Shown here piece after piece: positions 54,720 through 64,000 of a stretch of 64,000 bases of DNA (positions are counted from its first letter, which is position 1; every line of letters begins with the position of its first letter). Position numbers and translations under genes: made by a program. The notes beneath the pieces are model-generated. The model was not told where the DNA came from. It worked only from the letters and a program-made list of their open reading frames with translations, and did no database searches. The DNA is from an uncultured Nitrospinota bacterium. GTDB taxonomy: Bacteria > Tectomicrobia > Entotheonellia > J063 > CAVPRW01. The stretch spans positions 64,001 to 128,000 of the forward strand of contig CAVPRW010000018.1 in assembly GCA_963707985.1 (NCBI GenBank), in the 5' to 3' direction.

Positions 54720-55514
54720 GGTTCTCCTCGCATGGCTTCTCTCACTCTATAGGAATAGACCTGGGATTGACCTCAATGCCGGTGACCGTCACCGGCGGTG
54801 CGCTGGGCCTCTCCTGTGTACTGCCGATTTAACCTCTGGGCAAACCGACCCCCTAGAGGAGCAAGAGTCGCAAGGTGCCCCCCAATGGGCACCACGAAAG
54901 GCGCATGCGGCTGAGCTGCTTTGTTGCCATCGCTTTTCTTCACTCCCCTGTGGGACGTCCATTCCCCACGGCCGGACACCACCGAACCATGCGCGACGCC
55001 AGCGAAAGCACCCAACGATACCATAACCCTAGCTTTCCCGCGAGCGCTTTTTCGCCCGTTCCGAGGTGGTGAGAAACTAATAGAACTGGTCCGCATCCAG
55101 GCGGCGCAGGCTACCCGCGCCCACCGCCCCTCAATCCGTTCATAGCCCCCATGCCTCAATGCCGCACCACATGCGACCCTCTCCTTGCGCGCGCAACGGC
55201 CAGCACCTCGATACCGAAGGCAGCCCACTCAATCAGATCTTGGATCACTCCGACCACTCCACTACCTGCGCCGGCCTCTGTCATACGTGCGCGTCCTTCG
55301 ACTTTCCCCATCAGGGCAACCTCTATGCCGCCCGGTTTCTGCCGCGCCTACAGGCGCCGGATCTCACAGGAGCCGCACCAACGCGTGGCGATAGCGGCTA
55401 GAATGAGGGGCCGGATGGGTTAAGTTACCCCTTGATGGACCATCTTGTGTCGCTGCTGAGGGTTCATAGCGGCGCCGTGGCTCCTTGGTGGCTTCCACCA
55501 CCAAGCGGCTCTGT

Positions 55515-56606
55515 CTATTTGGAGCCGAACCACTTGTCATAGAGTTGTTGATAGGTGCCGTCCTCACGAAGAGCGAGCAGCGCGCCGTTAACCCGCTTCC
55601 GCAGGGGACTGTCCAGCGGAAAAACGATGCCGACATCCTGCCTGTTAAATTCAGGCCCGACCATCTTCACCCATCCCTTCCCCTCATGCGCCGCATAGGA
55701 ACGGAGGGATGCCGCTCCGAAGAGCACCGCGTCCACCTTTTTGTCCAGCAGGGCCTGATACATTTCGTCGGTCAGCGGGACCTCTAGTACCTGCGCCCTG
55801 TGCTCCCGAAGATAATTGGCGGCGGTGCTGCTCGTGATCGTGGCCACCCGCTTCCCTGGCAGATCGTCAGGCCCGTTGATGGCGCCGCGAAATTGCTGAA
55901 CGGTCAACGTGGCCGTGAGCTGGGCGGTATAAAACGCCACGAATACGACACCGGTGAACATCCAGAGTATTGCGACTATGCGTGCGAGCCATTGGCGCGG
56001 CATCTGCTCGGCCTGCGTCGCCAGTGTGCTGGCCGCCCAATACAGTCCGTGCAAGATACCCGGGAAGTAGTTTGCGCTTGGAATGATGCCACCCTGGTGC
56101 CGCCGTTCGAGCAGCCAGACCACATGAGCCGGGCTCAGGATGAAAAGCAGGGCAATGCCGAGCCAGACAAGAATCGTTTTTGAAAACAGCAGACGGAGCA
56201 AGTCCCACAACGGGTTGGGCTCGGCGCGCTCGCCTGTATCGCGCACCATCACTTGCAAACCTGCATTCAATATGGGATAGGAGAATTCGAATTCCTTATC
56301 ACGTTCCGACGTATAAAAGAGGCCTGAGACGGCGACATCAGCCTTTTTGGACCGTACGGCCTCAAGCAGCGCAGTGACATCAGATGCCATCTGAAAGCTC
56401 GTCCTTCCCTGAAGCCTGGCGTCAATGGCGTTCCAAAGCTCGATGCTGAATCCGGTCAGTACGCCCGCTTGTTCCAACACAAAGGGGGGAAGAACCAGCG
56501 TCGCAACGTGGCGCTCCGGGCCCTCGTGCTGGGCCAGCGCCGAAGAAACTGCCATCACCGTCAGTGCTAGCATCGCGAAGTATCGCCCAAGAACTGCTGA
56601 CATCAA
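55515..56606 (-). CDS. prokaryotic ionotropic glutamate receptor-like channel (GluR0 architecture)
   Basis: Signal peptide, S1 (PPFV, GFSIELW, TSER...EFSYP), M1 ending WLLER, pore helix YWAASTL, M2 FYTAQLTATLT, S2 (DLPGKRV, YDKWFG). Confidence 0.82.
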   Translation of the reverse strand: MMSAVLGRYFAMLALTVMAVSSALAQHEGPERHVATLVLPPFVLEQAGVLTGFSIELWNAIDARLQGRTSFQMASDVTALLEAVRSKKADVAVSGLFYTSERDKEFEFSYPILNAGLQVMVRDTGERAEPNPLWDLLRLLFSKTILVWLGIALLFILSPAHVVWLLERRHQGGIIPSANYFPGILHGLYWAASTLATQAEQMPRQWLARIVAILWMFTGVVFVAFYTAQLTATLTVQQFRGAINGPDDLPGKRVATITSSTAANYLREHRAQVLEVPLTDEMYQALLDKKVDAVLFGAASLRSYAAHEGKGWVKMVGPEFNRQDVGIVFPLDSPLRKRVNGALLALREDGTYQQLYDKWFGSK

Positions 56607-56913
56607 GGTGTCCCCTTTGACTGCTCGCCCTCTGACGAGGAGGTGGGCCGCGACACCAGCCTGGACCTGCCGACGTTTCCCGTTATGCTCTGCGATGGGG
56701 CTTGCCGGTCGGGCCCTTGATCCTAAGCTTCAGCTACGGCGCCTGCTACACGCCGGCAGGTGGCACAAACGGTCTAGGATGCAACGAGCGCTTTGACGCG
56801 TCCCTTTCTGAACGCTTTCACGAACGCCTTGTGATCACGCTCGGCCTGATCGGCATAATCGACCGTAAAGTCGCATATCGCTCGGTCCTCATATCAGAAG
56901 CCGCCGAGGGCTC

Positions 56914-57160
56914 CTAACCTCCGATCGCGGGCTCGAATATAAGAGATCGCCCCGAAGTAGGGGTGGCCCAGATAGTTGACATACCAGTGATCCCGGTCCC
57001 AGTAAGGACGCCGTACGTTCTCTCACTCGCGGCGCATACTGATTTGCCTTTGCTCCGCGGTCCATTTGGCCACATGCTACGGGAGGAGATACACGACCCC
57101 TGCCACTCTTGATCCGGTACTGTTGACGCCCCATTGGCCGTCCCTGCCCAGCTCATCATG
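56914..57160 (-). pseudogene. second, fragmentary DUF3943 copy
   Basis: HWDRDHWYVNYLGHPYFGAISYIRAR; near-identical at DNA level to 53310-53390. Confidence 0.8.
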
Positions 57161-57724
57161 TTGCTATAGGCAGCCGGAAGAGAGCCACCTCTCAGTTTTT
57201 GCGGGATCCTCGCTCCTCAGGCGGGAGAGGAAGACCGAGCAGCGTCAGATCAAACGTGGGGGCAAAGGGATTCAGAAACCGGACGCCCTCGATGAAGAAC
57301 AGCCCTAACGTGAGCCCACCCTGTCCCCACCGACATCGATGACCGGGTCACGCCGAGGAGACGAACCTATGGGCTGCATAGCCTGCATGGCCATCAACAT
57401 CGCATGTACGCCTGGATCCCCCTCACGCATCAGTGGTCTCATCGCCTGAGCGTGGGGGTTCCTCCCTGGCGTGCTCGCTGCTACGGTCGAACGGAGCAAG
57501 AGTGGGAAACGGTAAGGGGAGGTAGCTTGAGCAAGTGAGATGCGTTTGCTCAGCCTGTTTCGAAACAGTCAACCTGGCTCAGAGAGTCGTCGTGACACTT
57601 TCATCGCCCTCTGAGTGACGCCGTTTTGTCGCTGAGGGAATGCCAACTGCGCCCACAGCATTTATCCGCACGGCGCAGGTACACGGCCGTCTATTGAGAT
57701 AGACTCATCATCAAGTCGCTACAA

Positions 57725-58810
57725 CTAATTAAATCGTGCTATCTCCCACCGCAACTGTCCTTCAGTTGGGGCCTGAATCGGCAGGAAGGCGGCCTCGCGC
57801 AGGCGCCGTGCGGTCGGACTGGTGAAGACATAGCCGCGCCCGCCCATCGTTTTGGCCTCCAGCGCGACCGCGGCGGTCGCCAGTCGGGCGCAGTCGAGCC
57901 GGATCTGAAGCGCGACTGGCACCGGCAGAGGCCGACGCCGGTCGCGCGCACCACTTCGGATGGCTCCGGCCAGCCGCGTCGCCTCGTCGGCCAGCTCGGC
58001 CAGGTCGGACACAAAGACCTCGTTGACGCCGCGCAGCCCACCGCGCACCTGACTCAGGGCGCGCCCGGCCAGGCCCCAGCAGAAGCTGCTCTGCAGCAGC
58101 AGGAAGGTCGAGCGGATGCGCCCGATGAAGCCGCTGAAGTCGTCGGTGACGATGGCCTCGGCCTCCAGCGGCACGTCAACCAGGGTAAGCGACGAGCTAC
58201 CCGTCGCCTGTAAGGCCAGTAGGGCCGGGTTCGGCTCGACCATCAGTCCGGGCGCATCTCCAGGCAGCGCGACGATCAGCGGGCGGGCACCGTCCGGCCC
58301 AGCCACGGCGGTGATCAACACGAAGCCGGATGCAAACAAGTTCGAGGCCCAGAAGACGCGTCCGCTTAGCCGCAGCTGATTGCCGTCGCGGCGGGCGCTG
58401 ATCGGCAGCGGCGTGCCGATCACGTGATGGGCCACGGCGCTGGCCAGCCCCGTCGAGCCGAGCCGTTCGGCCCGCAGTAGCTGTGGCAGAAGCTCACGCC
58501 GCGCCCAGCTGCCAGGCACCGCACAAGCCAGGTAGTCGAGTACCATGCGATGACACCAGAGCGAGAAGGCACTACTCATATCCGACCAGGCGACGGTCGC
58601 GATCGTCTCGGCCACCTGCACCAGGTCATCGTTGGGGCTAGCCGCTGGATCGGCCCACCCCTCCCAGGCACCGAAGTGCCTGCGGTGCAGGAAGTCGATG
58701 CCCTCCTGCACGCCGACTTGGCCAGCATCGACCGCCTGCGCACGCGGCTCGAAGAAGGCATAGACCTGCTCGCGCGCGGCCGGCGCCAGCCGCAACTCAG
58801 CGGACGACAT
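57725..58810 (-). CDS. acyl-CoA dehydrogenase-family flavoprotein
   Basis: MSSAFSLWCHRM, L.G.V.WASNL, LLLQSSFCWG, GGRGY, ARRLREAAFLPIQAPTEGQL. Confidence 0.85.
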   Translation of the reverse strand: MSSAELRLAPAAREQVYAFFEPRAQAVDAGQVGVQEGIDFLHRRHFGAWEGWADPAASPNDDLVQVAETIATVAWSDMSSAFSLWCHRMVLDYLACAVPGSWARRELLPQLLRAERLGSTGLASAVAHHVIGTPLPISARRDGNQLRLSGRVFWASNLFASGFVLITAVAGPDGARPLIVALPGDAPGLMVEPNPALLALQATGSSSLTLVDVPLEAEAIVTDDFSGFIGRIRSTFLLLQSSFCWGLAGRALSQVRGGLRGVNEVFVSDLAELADEATRLAGAIRSGARDRRRPLPVPVALQIRLDCARLATAAVALEAKTMGGRGYVFTSPTARRLREAAFLPIQAPTEGQLRWEIARFN

Positions 58811-59336
58811 CGGGCACCCCAGCCAGGCGCGTCACCCGGTCGAAGGGCGTCTCGACGGCGGCACGAGCGCGGCAGACGGCGTCCTCGTCGGGGGCGTCAT
58901 AGAGGCAGAGGCACTTAGCCATGTCCTCGCGGACGTAAGTGCGCAGGAAGCGGACCTCCGGCACCTTGGCGTACAGCGGCGACTTCTCTCGCTTACGGGC
59001 CAGGTAGGTGTCCATCGTCAGCATTGCGGGCAGCTCCCATTCGACCAGGTAGTCGGCCGCGCCGCGAGATGCCTTGACCTGATCGAGCGTCGCCCCGACC
59101 AGCCGCACCTCGGCCACGTCGCTCACTGCCTCCCCGCTGGCCGACAGTGCCGCCGACAGCCCGGCCGGCTCGGCATGCTCGGCGACCAAATAGACCGGTG
59201 TCAGCTCTGCGCCGACTTGGATCTCGATCACCTCGCCGCCGTCCCGGCGGACCACCGCGGCGATCCGGTCGAAGATGGGCGTCAGCTCCTCGCGACTGCC
59301 AACAGCCGGCTTCAACTCCGCCAGAACGAGTGCCAT
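58797..59336 (-). CDS. DUF4242 domain protein
   Basis: YLVEW, FLRTYVREDMAKCLCLYDAPDE.AV.RAR; ATG 59336 with GGAGGGAG RBS; overlaps the ACAD start. Confidence 0.8.
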   Translation of the reverse strand: MALVLAELKPAVGSREELTPIFDRIAAVVRRDGGEVIEIQVGAELTPVYLVAEHAEPAGLSAALSASGEAVSDVAEVRLVGATLDQVKASRGAADYLVEWELPAMLTMDTYLARKREKSPLYAKVPEVRFLRTYVREDMAKCLCLYDAPDEDAVCRARAAVETPFDRVTRLAGVPDVVR

Positions 59337-59499
59337 AGCTCGTCTCCCTCCCGCACTATCTGTACAGACCTGAACCGTCCCAGGTTGTACATGACTGTGT
59401 TGACCGAAATAGTACGCACGGGCAGGCAGTATAGCCGCGGCAGAGGGCAGCGTCAAGCAACCGGCGCGGCCACCTTGCAGGCCCTGACGGCGCGGGTCT

Positions 59500-60240
59500 G
59501 TTGTGGGGGCAGCACGGCTGGCCGCCCGCACCGTCGGAGCGATGTCGATGACGTGGTGGAACTGGGACCGGACCTCGCTCTTGGCCTTGATCCCCTTGCC
59601 CCAGTGCACGACCATGGCGTTGCGGGTGCCACCGAAGTGCGACCCCACCTGCATGGTCCACTGGAAGGGTGTGTCGCCGGTAATGGCCCAGCCCGCGTGG
59701 ATGTGGTTGAAGGCCATCGGCCCGCCGAAGCTTCCCAGGTGGCCGAACCCGATGTCGTCGAGGAGTACGACCACGACGTTGGGCGCGCCTTTCGGGCCAG
59801 TGAGTCCGAGCGATTCTCGGAAATTTCCCGGAACATCCAGCCGTACTCGAAGTGCCTGCGTGAAGTCCACGCCCGCGGGCCCTTCGGTCCGAAGTAGAGG
59901 CCCACCGAGCGATTGCTGTAAGACCGACCGGGTCTGTGTGTCGTAGTGAATGAGCGACCAGAAGGGCTGTACCGGCACATTCGGAGGCAAATGCAGGTCG
60001 TAGGTCTTCGAGCCATGCAGGGAGTTGCGGTCGGCGTCGAGCGTGGCCACGGCATATGGCGATCCGCCTCCGACGATTTTCACGGACATCGCGGGGGTGG
60101 TGCCGACGGCCGGGGAGAAGAAGCAGATTCGCGCGTGGATCAGCCGGACGTCGTTCCGGATGAATTCGTGCCTTCGGCTGCCCTCGGAACCGGAGTCGAT
60201 CCGTCGCCAAGGAAGCGGGGCGACCCTTCCCTGCCCAGGC
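59500..60240 (-). pseudogene. deletion-joined fragments of DUF1254/DUF1214 and arylsulfatase genes
   Basis: Y.LHLPPNVPV..FWSL..YD.QTRS; APNVVVVLLDDIGFG...FGGP | GWA..GDTPFQW...SHFGGTRN...QFHHVIDIAPT. Confidence 0.78.
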
Positions 60241-60245
60241 GATTC

Positions 60246-60458
60246 CTAACAGTGATAGACGCCAACCGCACAGCGCCTGGCGGTGCGCCGCGCCACCCCT
60301 GCAACGCTCACCGGCGTGAGTGGTCGCCCCACGACAGCCTCGGCCGACGAGAAAATGCCGTGTACGCCGGGGATCGAGAGCCGCTCTCCCAGTTCGAGGG
60401 CACACAGGCCGATGATCCCGGCCATCAAGACGATCCTGACTCGCTTCGATACAGTCAT
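60246..60458 (-). CDS. small exported hypothetical protein
   Basis: AEAVVGRPLTPVSVAGVARRTARRC; ATGA overlap with the DUF2092 gene. Confidence 0.7.
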   Translation of the reverse strand: MTVSKRVRIVLMAGIIGLCALELGERLSIPGVHGIFSSAEAVVGRPLTPVSVAGVARRTARRCAVGVYHC

Positions 60459-61267
60459 TTTCTACCTCCTACCGCAAAGATCTGCGGCAATTCATCCATG
60501 TTGGGGAGATCTTTCAGATCCATCTTTTTAGCGCTCGTTGCATTTTTGAAGCTGAAATCCTCGGACCCAACCTCGTCGCCGGTTTTCCAATCCCTGATCG
60601 TGAGGCTGTATTCCGGTGCCTGCGCAACCTTCGTGCTGGTGATGACATAGCGGCACGGATAGGGACGGCTCCCCTGCGCAATCCAGATCTGCCAGTCGAC
60701 TTCTTTTGTTCGAAAGGCGAGGTGATCGCATTCGACCCCGCCGATCACGCCGCTACCAAGGTCCTTGACGTTGACCACGTTGGCCATGGCTTTGTCGTAG
60801 ATATTCGATGACACTACGTCTGCGCCAGGCATGGGTTTCTTGTATTTATTCCGCAACTCGTCGATCAAATGATCGATCGTGCCGGGCACTTCGACCTGGC
60901 CATAGAGGTTCACCGTCTTGCCGAGCAGCGTCAGTGTTTTCCCATCAAAAATAACCACGATATCCGCAAACCCACCGGTGCGCGTATAGCGGATCTTGTC
61001 GGGCCGATTGAGCGTGATCGTTCCCGAACTCGCGAGCCCGAGCTTCTGCTTGTCTTTGGTGACGATCTCGAGGATGGTATCGTATTGGAACGCTATGGCC
61101 TTCTGCGCCGCCATGTAATCGGACATGGCCTTGAGCAGCTTCCTGGCGTCTGCCTCATCGGCGCGCGCTCCGGAGAGTGCCCCCACCAGTCCAAGCATCA
61201 AGGCCAGCGTGGCAATGCACAGGCGCGCCGTAGCGGTTCTCGCTGGTTTCCCGCCTACCATCTGCAA
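60455..61267 (-). CDS. DUF2092 periplasmic protein (LolA-like)
   Basis: LKAMSDY, RPDK, FDGKTLT, PGAD, CDHLAFR..EVDWQIWI.QG..PYPC.YVIT. Confidence 0.88.
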   Translation of the reverse strand: MQMVGGKPARTATARLCIATLALMLGLVGALSGARADEADARKLLKAMSDYMAAQKAIAFQYDTILEIVTKDKQKLGLASSGTITLNRPDKIRYTRTGGFADIVVIFDGKTLTLLGKTVNLYGQVEVPGTIDHLIDELRNKYKKPMPGADVVSSNIYDKAMANVVNVKDLGSGVIGGVECDHLAFRTKEVDWQIWIAQGSRPYPCRYVITSTKVAQAPEYSLTIRDWKTGDEVGSEDFSFKNATSAKKMDLKDLPNMDELPQIFAVGGRK

Positions 61268-61672
61268 CTGAGGCCCTCCCTCGTTACGTGTGTTGACCTC
61301 TCAACCCCGCATCCACCGGATGATCGGCTGGTTGAGGCGGACACTGCCACAACGGCTGGGCACTGTCAAGATCAAAAACAGCATGTATTGCTGAGACGTG
61401 GTCTGGTCGCAATTGTTTGACCCCGTAAAATGACCGCTCAGGTGCGTACCCAAGCCCCTCATGCGGCGCGGAGGGGCTGGCCATGGGGGTCGAAGCGGCC
61501 GAGACAGCGGGAGCCGTACCACACCGAATGATGGCCCTACCCTATCCCATCCTGCGCTGCCTGTTCGGACCGCGCTACACCGCGCTCCGCCTGTCTGCGG
61601 GCCGCTCCGGCGGGGGCGCGGCCGGGGTCGTGTCTCAGCTGCACCTGGTGTACACGTTGTCGATCGTGTCGA

Positions 61673-62102
61673 TCACCTGGGTGGATTGACGACGATATAG
61701 GTTACCTGGGAACCCGCATATTGCGGCTGGTACCAGGCACCACCGCAGCTCTGGTAGGCGAGTCCATTGACGATGACAGTGGAGCAAGACGGGGGCAGCG
61801 CCGATGCCGCGATGGCCGAGCTGACCACGGCAGCAGTTACACCTACCACTACCCCCGCGGCCACAGCACCGCCCACGCCCACGTGGTTATAGCAACATCC
61901 GCCACTGACGTTGACGTGACGATTGATGTTGACGTTAGCGGTATTGACATTCACGTTGCGGTTGACGTTGGCGGTATTGACGTTTGTGCGGGTTGCTCCC
62001 TCGGGTCACGTAGGCCTGTGCACCGCTGCTCATCACGAGCATGAGCGCGGCCAGCGCTGGCATGAAGAGCCGGCTGCAGGATCTGTAGGGGCACATGAAC
62101 AT
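61673..62102 (-). pseudogene. exported N/V-rich repeat protein, frameshift near 62005
   Basis: GAGGAG RBS, signal peptide, NVNTANVN repeats, LPPSC..V.VNG..Y..CGG.WYQPQY.G..V.Y.VV.PP. Confidence 0.7.
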
Positions 62103-62356
62103 GTGTGTCTCCTCTTGACTTGGTTGCATTCGCCGCCTGGCCGACGAAGACGATTCTGTGCCACTCTCCGCGCCGAATGACCACGCGTGCACCAGGACGA
62201 ACTAAACGTCATGCATTCCCTCACCGTCTGTGACAAACGTGCGCAATTTGTTGGAATCTCGCGACAATCGTGCAAGGAGGGAAAAAAAACATGGGAACTC
62301 GATCAGACTACAGAGACGTAGGGTTAGGTTAGGGTGCATGCGCTCTGGGAGATTCC

Positions 62357-63135
62357 CTAGAACAAGATGCCGAGCAGCCGTTTCAGCAGTTCTTCCAGCG
62401 GCATCATGGTGGGCGGCGAGCTGGAGGATAGCCTCCTTCGTGACAGGCGCGAGGCGCATGGTCCGCACCACCTCGAAACTATTGCCCAGATCGGCGAGGG
62501 ACTGGAGGTCAGCGCTCCCCACCAACGACTCCTCGACCGGCGCGCCGCCGCGCAGCCACTTGGCATCGAACTCGCGCACGTAGCGCTGGGCCAGCGTGCC
62601 ATCCTCGCGAGTGCCCGTGCGCTTCGCCTGAGCCAGCTGAGGTGCGAACACCAGGAGTGGGCCGAGCACTGCACACAGCAGCAAGCTGATGAGGACGGCG
62701 ATCTCGATCTTGAAGTCAGGCAGTGCGGCCGCAAGGTAGAAGATGCGATTGGTGATCAATCCGGCCAGTAAGGCGCCGTGCGCCACGGTCAGCTTTCACA
62801 CACTCGGCTGCCAGTGCTCGTTGCGCCACGGTTCTAGTGGACCGCAAGGGTGCAGGCTCGACCCTTCCCCTTCCAGCGGTCCATGTCCAGGCCAGGGAAA
62901 CTCAGCAATGGTCCCTTCAATGGGTTCCGCGCGCGCAGATCACCGCCGTAGCGATTGCGGATGCCGTTCACCTCGTGCACGGTGAGTCGCAACACCGCGT
63001 CGACGGGATACCCGGCCTGGTGGAAGGTGATGGGTCCGACCAATGGGGGAAAGGTCGCCGCCACGCTCCCCCCGGAAATACTGGATAGGTAGGTCACTTG
63101 CTCCAGGCTTCTTGCGAGCCTCTTCCCATCCACCG
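62357..63135 (-). pseudogene. joined fragments: patatin-like N-terminus, uncharacterised protein, membrane protein C-terminus
   Basis: YLSSISGGSVAA; QAGYPVD.VLRL.V..VNG.RN; PLLVFAPQL..AKR...F..KWL...GSADLQSLADLGNS. Confidence 0.6.
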
Positions 63136-63138
63136 CAG

Positions 63139-63996
63139 TTACTCTGGTAGGCCATTTAGGCGATACATCGTTTGGAGCAAAGGACTGGCGCGGTCAACGG
63201 CACCGAACCAGCGTTCGTAGATCGGATAGATTTGCCCGGAGCGATAGAGCTGTGACAACACGCGATTGACCGCCAGGCGAAAATCGACATCTCCCCGGCG
63301 AAGCATCAAGCCATACGGTTCGTAGGACAAATACTCCTCGGCCAGCGCGAGCTTGGTCGGGTCCATGGACGTCAGCGCCAAGCCGATGAGGACCACCCGG
63401 TCCGAGGCATAGGCGTCGACGCTGCCGTTCTCCAGAGCGGCGATGCCGTCGGGGTGCTCTCTCACCCCAACCAGCTCAACCGCCATGTTCATCTTCTGGA
63501 TGGCCTCGGCCAGCACGTGCTCGGTCGTGGTGCCGGGGATCACCGCCACGCGCTTGCCAGCGAGGTCTGAGAGGCCGTTGATATGGGAGGCGGTGCGGAC
63601 GAGCAAGCTGCCGCCGTCCACAAAAATCATCTGACTGAAATCCACCTGTGCCTGTCGGGAAAGTGTGTTCGTGGTGGTACCGCACTCGAGGTCGATCGTG
63701 CCGTTCGCGACCATGGTCAGGCGGTTCTCTGGGGTCACCGGCGTCCACGTGATGTGCAGATCGGTCAGGCCCAACTGTTCCTGGATGCTCGCGGCCACGC
63801 GCGTACACAGGTCGATGGTATAGCCCACAGGTTTTTTCTCATCACCGACGTAGGAGAATGGCCGGGAGGCCTCGCGATACCCCATGGTGATGGTTTTGGC
63901 GAATTTGATTTTTTCGAGAGTACCTTGAACCGGCTGTCCGAACGCCGAGCTCGTCAGACAGCACAGGAAGCACAGCACGCTTAGCCACTGCGTCAT
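63139..63996 (-). CDS. amino acid ABC transporter substrate-binding protein (GltI-like)
   Basis: GYRE.SRPFSY, GY.IDLC, IDLECGTTTNT..R, GTTTE, EPYGLM..RGD. Confidence 0.9.
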   Translation of the reverse strand: MTQWLSVLCFLCCLTSSAFGQPVQGTLEKIKFAKTITMGYREASRPFSYVGDEKKPVGYTIDLCTRVAASIQEQLGLTDLHITWTPVTPENRLTMVANGTIDLECGTTTNTLSRQAQVDFSQMIFVDGGSLLVRTASHINGLSDLAGKRVAVIPGTTTEHVLAEAIQKMNMAVELVGVREHPDGIAALENGSVDAYASDRVVLIGLALTSMDPTKLALAEEYLSYEPYGLMLRRGDVDFRLAVNRVLSQLYRSGQIYPIYERWFGAVDRASPLLQTMYRLNGLPE

Positions 63997-64000
63997 GCCC

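Noticed and set aside
58797..60089. 430-aa ORF as a novel multidomain protein
   Set aside because: Chance read-through of unrelated fragments; the DUF4242 gene has its own RBS and ATG at 59336.
1..64000. CRISPR array, rRNA or tRNA genes
   Set aside because: No regularly spaced direct repeats or recognisable rRNA/tRNA sequence seen by eye; not verified by a scan.

Overview
GC-rich bacterial DNA. The gene content resembles soil Candidatus Tectomicrobia/Rokubacteria-type genomes (inference only). About 1-25.4 kb is mostly intact metabolic genes: MFS, 5-formyl-THF cyclo-ligase, acs, AKR, ilvE, a frameshifted long-form ispG, an AlkZ-like protein, phosphotriesterase, MmgE/PrpD, a fluoroacetate dehalogenase-like hydrolase, CinA, rpiA-DUF2090-HAD, an RmlD-like SDR and a deacetylase. 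Within this part, an IS-riddled FGE/C-type-lectin gene ends in what looks like a diversity-generating-retroelement (DGR) variable region, with no template repeat or DGR RT in the window. About 25.6-49 kb is a decayed mobile region: a chromosomal integron (intI remnant, attI split by an IS with a 6-bp TSD, three attC sites, toxin-antitoxin/ABC/C39 cassettes), nested group II intron remnants, ISKra4, two IS3, IS6 and Tn3 remnants, and a TcmP::DUF5131 fusion. About 49-64 kb holds acyl-CoA dehydrogenases, DUF3943, a GluR0-like channel with a non-GYG filter, DUF4242/DUF2092 genes and many deletion-joined gene fragments. The most striking window-wide pattern is that mobile-element ORFs appear degraded mainly by A:T->C:G transversions while neighbouring single-copy genes are clean. 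This could reflect targeted hypermutation or an assembly artefact. All family assignments come from motif recognition by eye; no searches were run.
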